A stretch of DNA of 64,000 nucleotides from an uncultured Acidobacteriaceae bacterium (lineage in GTDB: Bacteria; Acidobacteriota; Terriglobia; Terriglobales; Acidobacteriaceae): the NCBI GenBank assembly GCA_963753005.1, contig CAVWAM010000001.1, forward strand, positions 457,773 to 521,772, given 5' to 3'. Of this stretch, positions 1-8,196 are shown piece by piece; the stretch's first letter is position 1; each line of letters begins with the position of its first letter. A program made the translations under genes and the position numbers. The notes beneath the pieces were generated by a model, which saw only the letters and a list, made by a program, of their open reading frames with translations, did not search any database and was not told the origin of the DNA.

Positions 1-309
1 CTCCAGGTCCTGCTGGACCTGGGCGGGGGCGAGCACGTCCTCGCCCATGACGATATTCATGGGTATGGCAGGCTGCTCGGCGTTCGTGGCCGAGGCGGCA
101 TCGGAGGGTTTACGCGCGGACGAGGGAAAGAGCCCCAGGGAGCGGAATGCGGAGTCGATGGACTCGGACACCTGCACCTGCCTCTTCTGATCGGCTTTGG
201 CGAAGGCGTAGAGGACAACGAAAACGGCGAAGAGGAGAGTGATGAAGTCGGCATAGGAGACCAGCCAGCGATCCCGGCTGATGTTGCTCTTGCGCCGCTC
301 CCGCATCAT
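1..309 (-). CDS. motB: Flagellar stator protein MotB, N-terminal part (gene continues past the left edge)
   Basis: Not in the ORF track because no stop lies in the window. The minus frame from ATG 309-307 reads MMRERRKSNISRDRWLVSYADFITLLFAVFVVLYAFAKADQ..., which is the MotB TM helix with its conserved Asp. ATGA overlap with the motA stop at 306-309. Confidence 0.85.
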   Translation of the reverse strand, partial: MMRERRKSNISRDRWLVSYADFITLLFAVFVVLYAFAKADQKRQVQVSESIDSAFRSLGLFPSSARKPSDAASATNAEQPAIPMNIVMGEDVLAPAQVQQDLE

Positions 310-1079
310 GCCGCGCGCTCCTTCTTTTCCCGGCTGGAGTCATCGAGAAAACTTGCCAGCTTGATCTCGAGCATGCGCGGGTTCATGCCTTCGAGGATGG
401 AGATCACGCCTTCCAGCATCATCTCGCGGCGCTGCTGGCCGTCGTGAATGCGGATGCGCATCTTGCCGGCGAAGGGCAGGAAGAAGAGATTGGCGATGCC
501 CACCCCGTAGATGGTGGCGACGAAGGCCACGGCGATGCCGCGGCCCACCTCCTGCATATTGTCCAGATGTTGCATCACCTGAATCAACCCCAGCACTGCG
601 CCGAGGATGCCGATGGTGGGCGAGAATCCTCCGGCCGACTCGAAGACCATGGGGAGCCGCTCTTCGCGCTCCATGGTGGAGTCCAGGCTGACCCTCATGA
701 TCTTGCGCAGTTCACTGGGCTCGGTGCCATCGACGGCCAGCATGAGGGATTGCTTGAGGAACGGATCCTGGATGGTTTGCAGGTCGGCGTCCAGGGAGAC
801 GACGCCATTGCGGCGCGCCTTGTTGGCGAAGGCCACCAGTTGGCGGATCAGTTGGCTGTCGTGCTTGCGCGGCGCGGCAAAGACATGAGTCAGGCTGCGG
901 AAGGCGGCCACCACCGTGGTCAGCGGGAACTGCAGCAGCACCGCGCCCAGCGTGCCGCCGAAGACGATCAGCGCCGCCGTGGGCTGCAGAATCTGGCCCA
1001 CGTTGCCGCCTTCGATCAGCAATCCGGCGACGATACCTGCGATGGCTAAAATGGCGCCGCCGATGCTCGCTTTATCCAT
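306..1079 (-). CDS. motA: Flagellar stator proton-channel protein MotA
   Basis: ORF 306..1106 is a MotA/TolQ/ExbB-type 4-TM protein (MDKASIGGAILAIAGIVAGLLIEGG..., ...AFVATIYGVGIANLFFLPFAGK). Start placed at ATG 1079, with AAGGAG 6 nt upstream. Lies between flbD and motB. Confidence 0.9.
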   Translation of the reverse strand: MDKASIGGAILAIAGIVAGLLIEGGNVGQILQPTAALIVFGGTLGAVLLQFPLTTVVAAFRSLTHVFAAPRKHDSQLIRQLVAFANKARRNGVVSLDADLQTIQDPFLKQSLMLAVDGTEPSELRKIMRVSLDSTMEREERLPMVFESAGGFSPTIGILGAVLGLIQVMQHLDNMQEVGRGIAVAFVATIYGVGIANLFFLPFAGKMRIRIHDGQQRREMMLEGVISILEGMNPRMLEIKLASFLDDSSREKKERAA

Positions 1080-1117
1080 GTGCAGCTCCTTGATGAGATG
1101 AGGCAACAGCGCAGGTT

Positions 1118-1423
1118 CTATTGCTCAGGATCGTCGGTTTGTTTCGGTTGCGGCGGAGCGCTTGGCTGAGCTGCGGCATCCAGGCTGGCCAGCGCCACGG
1201 CTCGCTCCAGATCGCCGAACTGGTGCAGCCGGCGCGCCACCACAGCCAGTAGCCGCGCACGATAGACAACGATCCTTTCCACCACCTCCGCAATGTCCTC
1301 CCGCACGATCAGCTTTTCCCCGTTGATCAAGGTCAGCATGGTGTCCGGAGAGGCCTCGGCAGTCTTGATCAGGTCGCTGTTCACCACCATCGGGCGGCCG
1401 TTCAGCCGGGTCAGTTCGATCAT
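1118..1423 (-). CDS. flbD: Flagellar protein FlbD
   Basis: ORF 1118..1444. From ATG 1423 (AAGGAG upstream) it reads MIELTRLNGRPMVVNSDLIKTAEASPDTMLTLINGEKLIVRE, a typical FlbD N-terminus. It sits directly upstream of motA. Confidence 0.8.
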   Translation of the reverse strand: MIELTRLNGRPMVVNSDLIKTAEASPDTMLTLINGEKLIVREDIAEVVERIVVYRARLLAVVARRLHQFGDLERAVALASLDAAAQPSAPPQPKQTDDPEQ

Positions 1424-1444
1424 GGCCCATCTCCTTCGCGGCAC

Positions 1445-1471
1445 TTATCGGCAAACGCGGGGAAAGGTTAA
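1445..1471 (-). promoter_or_regulatory. Candidate sigma28 (FliA) promoter for flbD-motA-motB
   Basis: The minus strand reads TTAACCTT-N11-GCCGATAA. The -10 element matches perfectly (plus-strand ttatcggc at 1445-1452) and the -35 octamer matches TAAAGTTT at 5/8. It lies about 20 nt upstream of the flbD ATG. Confidence 0.5.
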
Positions 1472-1528
1472 AAAAGTAAAACAATTGGGACAGAACTGTC
1501 CCCCGGCAGGACACAAAATGCGCAAGCG

Positions 1529-1555
1529 TAAAGTCCCAAAGGGCCGCGCCGAAAA
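1529..1555 (+). promoter_or_regulatory. Candidate sigma28 (FliA) promoter for fliC
   Basis: TAAAGTCC-N11-GCCGAAAA against the consensus TAAAGTTT-N11-GCCGATAA (6/8 and 7/8, correct spacing). About 110 nt upstream of the fliC ATG. Confidence 0.65.
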
Positions 1556-1666
1556 AGGGGCCAGATGCGACGGCACCAAGCCGGCAGCAGCTACCCACGG
1601 CCAGAATAAGATGGGGGCACTCTCGGACAAGGGCCGCAAATCACCGCATCCAACAAGGAGAATCCC

Positions 1667-2947
1667 ATGTCCCTGGGTGTCTTGAACAACCTCTCCGCGG
1701 TGTATGCGGAGAACAACCTCAACAACACAAACAACAGCCTTTCGAAGACGCTGCAGCAGTTGTCTTCAGGGTCCAAGATCAACTCCGGCGCCGACGATGC
1801 CGCCGGTCTTTCGTTGGTCGACGGCCTTCAGGCCAACCAGACGGCGCTCGCCCAGTCGCAGACCAACGCTCAGGAAGGCGTAGGTCTGTTGCAGGTCGCT
1901 GATGGCGCACTCTCGCAGGTCACAACCCTGCTCAACCGTGCTGTTACGCTGGCCACCGAGGCCTCCAACGGCACGCTCAACAGCTCGCAGGATTCGGCGG
2001 CAAACCAGGAGTACCAGTCGATTCTGTCCGAGATCAACAACATCGGCACCACGACCACCTACAACCAGCAGCAGGTCTTCGGTGGAGGACAGGTCGGCGT
2101 CTACACCGGCGATTCGTCCAACACGGGCGCATCCCTGAACGACGTGAACATTTCCACGCTGTCTTCCTCCAATCTGGGAGATACAGGCGGCGCGATGTCG
2201 TATAGCTCGGGAGAGAATGTGTTCCTGGATCTCTCGAACGGCACCGGCCAGACGACCAACGCCTCGCTCACCGATACCATCCAATCCACAACGCTGACCA
2301 TCACCTACAAGAACCCCGACAACTCCACCGGCTCTGTGGTAACCAGTGCGGCCACGACGATTGGCGGGCTGATCAACGCCATCAACGCCTCCGGGCGCGG
2401 GTTGACGGCCACGTTTACCAGCGCGGCGGCCGCGGGCGATGCAGGCGGCGGCACCGACATGGGCATCATGATTTCGGGCAATGTAGGCACGGCGGCGCCA
2501 ACCACCTCAAAGCAGGAGATCGGGATCACGACCGGCGGCTACGATACCAGTCAAAGCGCGACCGCGGCCTCCGCTCTGGTGGCCGACAACAACGGCGGCA
2601 TCGCGACCATCAGCTACGCGGCAACCGGCCACGGTAGCCTGAACGGTACCGATCTCACCAACCAGGGGAACGCCCAAAGCGCGTTGACCGCGCTCAACAC
2701 GGCCATCACCGATGTTGCAGCGCAGGACGGCTACGTCGGCGCGCAGATCAACACGCTGAACGCCGTAAGCCAGGTGCTCTCAACGCAACAGGAAAACGTC
2801 ACTTCGGCGCAGAACGCGGTCCAGGCCACCGACTACGCGTCGGCCAGCTCCAACATGTCCAAGTACGAAATTCTGAGCCAGACCGGCATCTCGGCCCTGG
2901 CCCAGGCCAACAGCGTACAGCAGGAAGTCCTCAAGCTGTTGCAATAA
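1667..2947 (+). CDS. fliC: Flagellin
   Basis: 426 aa. Conserved flagellin N-terminus (LSSGSKINSGADDAAGLSLVDGLQANQTALAQSQTNAQEGVGLLQVADGAL) and C-terminus (...ILSQTGISALAQANSVQQEVLKLLQ), with a Ser/Thr/Gly-rich variable middle. Confidence 0.95.
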   Translation: MSLGVLNNLSAVYAENNLNNTNNSLSKTLQQLSSGSKINSGADDAAGLSLVDGLQANQTALAQSQTNAQEGVGLLQVADGALSQVTTLLNRAVTLATEASNGTLNSSQDSAANQEYQSILSEINNIGTTTTYNQQQVFGGGQVGVYTGDSSNTGASLNDVNISTLSSSNLGDTGGAMSYSSGENVFLDLSNGTGQTTNASLTDTIQSTTLTITYKNPDNSTGSVVTSAATTIGGLINAINASGRGLTATFTSAAAAGDAGGGTDMGIMISGNVGTAAPTTSKQEIGITTGGYDTSQSATAASALVADNNGGIATISYAATGHGSLNGTDLTNQGNAQSALTALNTAITDVAAQDGYVGAQINTLNAVSQVLSTQQENVTSAQNAVQATDYASASSNMSKYEILSQTGISALAQANSVQQEVLKLLQ

Positions 2948-3000
2948 TCCGGAGTCCCCGGCGGCGGGCGGCTCGCAGAGCCGGGGCCGCTGGGGTGGAG

Positions 3001-3027
3001 TGAACAAATTGGCGGCAATGCCGATAA
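3001..3027 (+). promoter_or_regulatory. Possible sigma28 promoter for fliD-fliS (weak -35)
   Basis: Perfect GCCGATAA at 3020-3027, but the -35 octamer TGAACAAA matches only 3/8. It lies immediately upstream of the fliC terminator hairpin, which is an awkward position. Confidence 0.3.
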
Positions 3028-3034
3028 CCAAAAT

Positions 3035-3064
3035 GGGGCGTCTGCCGGACGCCCCTCTTTGCTT
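3035..3064 (+). terminator. Rho-independent terminator after fliC
   Basis: GGGGCGTC (3035-3042), loop tgccg, GACGCCCC (3048-3055), followed by TCTTTGCTT. Confidence 0.6.
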
Positions 3065-3156
3065 GGGTCAACACCAGCCCCGGTCATGAGATTTCTCTCA
3101 TCCGGTTCACGGCGCAGTTGGTTCATGGGCTGCATGGCTTTTGCGTGGAGGCATGA

Positions 3157-5589
3157 ATGGGCACAGTGGGATTGAGCTTCGGGTCGCCGACCAGCGGCGC
3201 AGGCTTCAACGTCAGCTCCACCGTGGCCGAAATTGTCGGCAATCTTCAAAACGTCGAGACGCCCTGGAAGAACCAGTTGACGGCGCTGGAAAGCCAGGAC
3301 ACGGTGATCTCGAATCTGGGCACGCTGTTCTCGAATCTCTCCAACGATTTGAGTTCCCTGACGGATTTTCAAGGGATCATGGCGCAAAAAGAGGGTTCGA
3401 GCTCCGATACAAGCGTGCTCGAGCTGACTACGGCCTCCTCTTCGGCCACGGCAGGCACGCACACGGTCGTTGTGAAAAATCTCGCCCAGACTTCCAGCGG
3501 CTACCTGGCGGAGATCGCCAACAGCGCCGATAAACTGTCGGGCTCCATCACGCTGCAGGTCGGCAGCGGCAACGCGCAAACCATCGCTCTCAACTCCTCC
3601 GACAACACCCTCTCCGGCTTGGCATCGGCCATCAACAAGTCCGGCGTCGGCGTCACGGCCAGCGTGCTCACCGACGCCAGCGGCTCGCGCCTCAGCCTGG
3701 TCTCCGGCACTTCCGGCGCCGGCGGCAACATCGTCGTCACCGGCAATTCGCTCGCCGCCGCCGCCGCCAACACCCTCGGCTATACGGGAACCGCGGGAAC
3801 TCCCACCTCGAACTCCACCGGCACGCTTTCGCCGGTGTCGAGCCTGAGCGCCGCGCTCTCCGGAACCATGTCCATTCAGGTCGGCAGCGCAACGGCGATA
3901 CCGATCGACATGAGCGACGTGAGCACGGTCGAGGGCGGCGCGACGCTCTCCGACCTTGAGAATTACATCAATTCCACCTTCACGACGCAGGGGGTCCAGG
4001 CCTCCATTGTCGCCAACAGCGACGGCACATCGAGCCTCCAGCTCAACTCCCAGACTCCCGGCGCGGCCGGCACGCTCACCGTCACGTCGAGCCTCGTCGA
4101 CCCCGCAACTGCGCTGGGCTATACCTCCGCCGTCACCGGCTCCAACGCCAGCCTGACGGTAGACGGCGTCAACCTCACCAGCGCGTCCAACACGGTCAGC
4201 AATCTCATTCCCGGCGTCACCTTCCAGTTGCTCGCGCCCAGCGCCGGGGAATCCGATGGCAGCCTCGAGCCGGTGCAGGTCGTCATCGCCAACGACAACA
4301 GCGGCGTCGAAAGCACGATCAACCAGATGGTCAACGACTACAACTCGCTGATCGGCGCCATCAACACGCAGGAGGGCAGCACCAGTTCCGGCACTCCCGA
4401 GCCGCTCTTCGGCTCGCCCACCCTCTCCTTGCTGCAGGAACAGCTCCTGAACGGCTTGAATACGGAAAATCCCAACGGCTATCTGGATTCGGTTTCCTCG
4501 ACCGCGAACACAACGCTGTCCGGCTCCATGACCATCCAGGTGGGAAGCGGGACAACCGAAACCGTCGTGCTCGGACCCGCGCCCAGTTCCCCGGCCGCCA
4601 ACACCATCTACACCGGCTCCGGCAGCGGCGCCTACACGCTGGCCGGCATCGCCGGCGCCATCAACTCGGCCGGCATCGGCGTCACGGCCGGCGTTGCCAC
4701 CAGCAACGGCGAGTCGACCCTGACGCTCACCTCGCAGACTGCCGGAGCGAGCGGAGCGCTCAGTGTTACCTCCTCCATCGCGGCCACCGCGCCCACCCCC
4801 CTGTCGTTCCAAAACGCCGGTTACACCGGTACAACCGCCGACAGCGGAACGCTGGGCACGGTCGCCGCCGGCAGCGACGCGCTCTCCGGCTCCATGACTT
4901 TCCAGGTCGGCGGCGGAATCACGGAAACCGTTGTGATCGGCGCCGCGCCCAGCTCGCCCGCGGCCAACACGGTTTACACCGGAAGCGGAGCCGATACCCT
5001 CTCCGATGTCATGAACGCCGTCAATTCGGCCAGCCTCGGCGTCAACGCCGCCCTCAATAGCGCCGGAACCGGCCTCACGCTGACCTCTTCGGCCAACGGC
5101 ATGGCGGGCGCGCTCGCGGTCGCCTCCCACCTCGTGGATACTACCAGCCCCACCACCACCACCCTGAACTACAACGCCTCATCCGACATCAACTACCTCA
5201 CGGCGCTGGGCATCAGCGTCAACAACGACGGCTCGCTCACCTTCGATGCCAACTCGCTCGATTCCCTGCTCAACACCGATTACAACGGAGTGGCGGGGTT
5301 TTTCCAGAACGCGAACAGTTGGGGGCAGAGCTTCGCCAACATGCTGACCAACGCCGGCACAAGCTCCTCCACCGGAATTCTGAAGCTGGCCCAGTCCTCG
5401 AACAGCACCATCGAGTCCACGCTGAACGCGGAGATATCGAAAGAGAACGCCTACATCTCGGCGCAGCAGAAGAGCCTGACGGCAGAGCTGAACCAGGCCA
5501 ACGAAATCCTGCAGCAGTTGCCCACCGAGTTGCAGGGCATGGACGAGCTCTACTCGGCGATCACCGGCTACAACCAGCAAAAGGGCTGA
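3157..5589 (+). CDS. fliD: Flagellar filament cap protein FliD (unusually long, 4 internal modules)
   Basis: 810 aa. FliD-like N-terminus (FNVSSTVAEIVGNLQNVETPWKNQLTALESQDTVISNLGTL) and C-terminus (...SKENAYISAQQKSLTAELNQANEILQQLPTELQGMDELYSAITGY). Position is fliC-fliD-fliS. Confidence 0.9.
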   Translation: MGTVGLSFGSPTSGAGFNVSSTVAEIVGNLQNVETPWKNQLTALESQDTVISNLGTLFSNLSNDLSSLTDFQGIMAQKEGSSSDTSVLELTTASSSATAGTHTVVVKNLAQTSSGYLAEIANSADKLSGSITLQVGSGNAQTIALNSSDNTLSGLASAINKSGVGVTASVLTDASGSRLSLVSGTSGAGGNIVVTGNSLAAAAANTLGYTGTAGTPTSNSTGTLSPVSSLSAALSGTMSIQVGSATAIPIDMSDVSTVEGGATLSDLENYINSTFTTQGVQASIVANSDGTSSLQLNSQTPGAAGTLTVTSSLVDPATALGYTSAVTGSNASLTVDGVNLTSASNTVSNLIPGVTFQLLAPSAGESDGSLEPVQVVIANDNSGVESTINQMVNDYNSLIGAINTQEGSTSSGTPEPLFGSPTLSLLQEQLLNGLNTENPNGYLDSVSSTANTTLSGSMTIQVGSGTTETVVLGPAPSSPAANTIYTGSGSGAYTLAGIAGAINSAGIGVTAGVATSNGESTLTLTSQTAGASGALSVTSSIAATAPTPLSFQNAGYTGTTADSGTLGTVAAGSDALSGSMTFQVGGGITETVVIGAAPSSPAANTVYTGSGADTLSDVMNAVNSASLGVNAALNSAGTGLTLTSSANGMAGALAVASHLVDTTSPTTTTLNYNASSDINYLTALGISVNNDGSLTFDANSLDSLLNTDYNGVAGFFQNANSWGQSFANMLTNAGTSSSTGILKLAQSSNSTIESTLNAEISKENAYISAQQKSLTAELNQANEILQQLPTELQGMDELYSAITGYNQQKG

Positions 5590-5626
5590 GGCGCGCCCGA
5601 TTTGCCTGAAAAGGAGATGGCACGGA

Positions 5627-6085
5627 ATGGGGGATTATCGCCAACACGCGCTGGACGGCGCCTCGGCTGTCGACCTTGTCGTGGCGCTCTACGACGGCAT
5701 CATCCGCTTTTTGTATGCGGCCATTGCGGCGGTCGATCGCGGCGACGCCGACGGCCGCAGAGCCGCGGTCAAGCGCGCGCTTGACATCATCATTCATCTG
5801 CAGGCGCGGCTGCGCATGGATATGGGCGGCCGGCCGGCCCAGGCGCTCAGCGATTTCTATGCCGCCATCTTCGCCCAGGTTCTGCAGGCATCGCAGTCGG
5901 CCTCCAGGGCGAAATTCGAGCATGCCATCGCCTGCGTGAAGAACGTGCGCGACGCCTGGCGCGAAGTGGCCAAGGATCCGGAGGCAAACTCCGTCTCGCC
6001 GCGCGTGCTCGTCATGCCGCAGCCCGCGCCGCTGAGCGCCGAAACGGCGTTGGATGCGCCTGGATCGTCAAGCTGGACGGCCTGA
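5627..6085 (+). CDS. fliS: Flagellin-specific chaperone FliS
   Basis: 152 aa. AVDLVVALYDGIIRFLYAAIAAVDRGD...RALDIIIHLQARL...LSDFYAAIFAQVL is FliS-like. Sits directly after fliD. Confidence 0.85.
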   Translation: MGDYRQHALDGASAVDLVVALYDGIIRFLYAAIAAVDRGDADGRRAAVKRALDIIIHLQARLRMDMGGRPAQALSDFYAAIFAQVLQASQSASRAKFEHAIACVKNVRDAWREVAKDPEANSVSPRVLVMPQPAPLSAETALDAPGSSSWTA

Positions 6086-6118
6086 CTCGAGCGCCAGCTC
6101 GCCGGCTCTCTGTCTTCC

Positions 6119-6184
6119 AGCTCCGCCAACTCCGCTAACCCCGCCAACTCCGCTAACCCCGCCAACTCCGCTCGCCCCGCCGCC
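6119..6184. repeat. Tandem array of 9-bp units (CTCCGCCAA/CTCCGCTAA/CCCCGCCAA)
   Basis: agCTCCGCCAACTCCGCTAACCCCGCCAACTCCGCTAACCCCGCCAACTCCGCTCGCCCCGCCGCC. It fills the convergent gap between fliS and the ABC exporter and ends at the exporter's stop codon. Confidence 0.9.
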
Positions 6185-8031
6185 TATCCCGCGACCGTCA
6201 GCTCCTCTTCGAGTTGCTGCTTCTGATAGAGGCTTGCGTAGTAACCGTCGAGTGCCAGCAGTTCCTCGTGCCGTCCGATCTCGACGATCATGCCCTTGTC
6301 GAGCACCGCGATGCGGTCGGCGTTGCGCACCGTCGACACGCGGTGCGAGATGAGGAGGGTGGTTGTGTTGGCCGTGTAATTGCGCAGACCTCCAAGAATC
6401 CGCTCTTCCGTGTAGGTGTCTACGCTGGCCAGTGCGTCGTCGAGGATCAGGATGGCGGGGCGGCGCAACAACGCACGGGCGATGGCCGAGCGCTGTTTTT
6501 GCCCGCCGGAGAGCGTGACGCCGCGTTCGCCCACCATGGTTTCAAAGCCCTGCGGAAATTCCTCGAACTCCCGCCGGATGTGCGCTGCACCGGCCGCTTC
6601 CAGCAGCTCTTCGGCGCCGGCGCGAGGCGCCCCAAAGGCCAGGTTTTCGCGGATGGTTTCGCTGAACAGGAAGGTTTCCTGCGGCACCATGCCGATGTTG
6701 CGGCGCAGCACGGCCAGCGGGTAATCGCGGACCGGCCGCCCATCGATCAGGAGCGATCCTTGAGGCGCTTCGTAGAGGCGCGTGATCAAATTTACCAGCG
6801 TGGACTTGCCGCAACCGGTGGGGCCTACGATGGCCAGGCTCGACCCCGCGGGAATGTGGAGCGTGATGTCGCGTAGCACCGGGGTCCCCACGGACGGACC
6901 TTTGTCCGTGGGGTGGAGTACCGGGGTCCCCACGAACAGGTCTTCGTTCGTGGGGTGCAGCGCCGGGCTTTGATCGCGGTCCTCGCCGTAGCCGAACGTC
7001 AGATGACGGAATTCGATCTCGCCCTGCAGTTGGTGATCGGCCAGGATCGCGGGATCGGCGGAGCGGTCATCGATTCCCGGCTCGGCCTTGAGCAATTCGT
7101 CGATGCGCTTCACCGAAGCGGTGCCGCGCTGGAAGATGTTGATCACCCAGCCCACGGCGATGATGGGCCAGATCAGCAGGATCATGTAGGTGTTGAAGGC
7201 GACGAACTGGCCGACCGATATGCGGTGCGCAAGGACCTGGTGCCCGCCGGCCAGCAACGTAATCACCATCGACACGCCAAGGATGAACTCGAGCGTGGGC
7301 CACAACATGCCCATCAGTTGCACCAAGCGCAGCGCGCGCCCGATGTATTGCCGGTTGAGCCGCTCGAAGAGGCCGATCTGCGACTCTTCGCGCGCGAAGG
7401 CCCGGATCAGCCGCACGCCCGAGTAGTTTTCCTGCGCCTGCGCGGAGATGTCGGAGAAGCTGGCCTGGATGCGCTCGAAGCGCTCGTGAATCTTGCGCCC
7501 TAGATACTGGATCAGGATGCTGGCCAGCGGCATGGGCGCCAGCGCCACCAGCGTCAGATAAGGACTGATCCTCAGCATGAAGAACAGCGCGAAGACGCTG
7601 AGGAAGACTGTGTTGGCGCTGTACATCAGAGCTGGGCCGAGCAGCATGCGCACGGCGTTCAGGTCGTTGGTCATGCGCGCCATGATGTCGCCGGTGCGGT
7701 AGCGCTGGTAGAAGCCCGAGTCCTGGATTTCCAGCTTGCGGAAGAGGTCGTTGCGCAGGTCGAATTCGATTTCGCGCGAAATGCCGATCAGGATCCAGCG
7801 TTGCGCATAGAGAAAGACGCCCTTCGCCAGGCTGATGCCGACCAGAATCAACGCAAACAGCAGAATGAGTTTCCCGGTGGTCCCTTTCTCGATCCGGTCC
7901 ACGGCCATGCCCAGAACTCTCGGAAACTGCACCGCGACGATATTCGTGGCCACGCACGCCAGCGTGCCCCGCACGTATCCCCAGCGGTAGCGGCGCATGT
8001 ATTTGTAAAGAGGGGCGAGGTCGCCGAGCAT
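6184..8031 (-). CDS. ABC exporter, fused permease and ATPase (MsbA/multidrug type half-transporter)
   Basis: 615 aa with a 6-TM domain and an NBD carrying Walker A GPTGCGKST, signature LSGGQKQR and Walker B ILILDDA. It carries an in-frame repeat insertion (see 6879-6962). Confidence 0.9.
   Translation of the reverse strand: MLGDLAPLYKYMRRYRWGYVRGTLACVATNIVAVQFPRVLGMAVDRIEKGTTGKLILLFALILVGISLAKGVFLYAQRWILIGISREIEFDLRNDLFRKLEIQDSGFYQRYRTGDIMARMTNDLNAVRMLLGPALMYSANTVFLSVFALFFMLRISPYLTLVALAPMPLASILIQYLGRKIHERFERIQASFSDISAQAQENYSGVRLIRAFAREESQIGLFERLNRQYIGRALRLVQLMGMLWPTLEFILGVSMVITLLAGGHQVLAHRISVGQFVAFNTYMILLIWPIIAVGWVINIFQRGTASVKRIDELLKAEPGIDDRSADPAILADHQLQGEIEFRHLTFGYGEDRDQSPALHPTNEDLFVGTPVLHPTDKGPSVGTPVLRDITLHIPAGSSLAIVGPTGCGKSTLVNLITRLYEAPQGSLLIDGRPVRDYPLAVLRRNIGMVPQETFLFSETIRENLAFGAPRAGAEELLEAAGAAHIRREFEEFPQGFETMVGERGVTLSGGQKQRSAIARALLRRPAILILDDALASVDTYTEERILGGLRNYTANTTTLLISHRVSTVRNADRIAVLDKGMIVEIGRHEELLALDGYYASLYQKQQLEEELTVAG
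6879..6962. mobile_element. Two tandem 42-bp hairpin units inside the ABC exporter CDS
   Basis: CCGGGGTCCCCACGGAC-ggaccttt-GTCCGTGGGGTGGAGTA followed by CCGGGGTCCCCACGAAC-aggtcttc-GTTCGTGGGGTGCAGCG. Each has a perfect 10-bp stem. Translated in-frame as LHPTNEDLFVGTPV and LHPTDKGPSVGTPV. Confidence 0.8.
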
Positions 8032-8131
8032 GGTTCTATTTTACGATTGATGCCACTCCAACTAAATCCGACGCAGAAAACCGCTCAGTTCTTCATCTCA
8101 TCGCGATCCGCTCTCCAAAAAATCCCGCCCA

Positions 8132-8190
8132 CTGTTCCCTGTTCCCTGTTCCCTGTTCCCTGATCCCTGTTCCCTGTTCCCTGTTCCCTG
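8132..8190. repeat. Heptamer tandem array (CTGTTCC)n, equal to (GGAACAG)n on the minus strand
   Basis: Eight consecutive 7-bp units, one variant being CTGATCC. It ends 6 nt from the lptFG stop codon (8197). The G-rich strand is the lptFG sense strand. Confidence 0.95.
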
Positions 8191-8196
8191 TCTTTC

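Noticed and set aside
2833-5130. 765-aa minus-strand ORF, Gly/Arg/Ala-rich, antisense to fliD
   Set aside because: This is a typical shadow ORF of a GC-rich gene. It has low-complexity Arg/Gly/Ala composition and no motifs, and the plus-strand FliD reading is clearly the real one.
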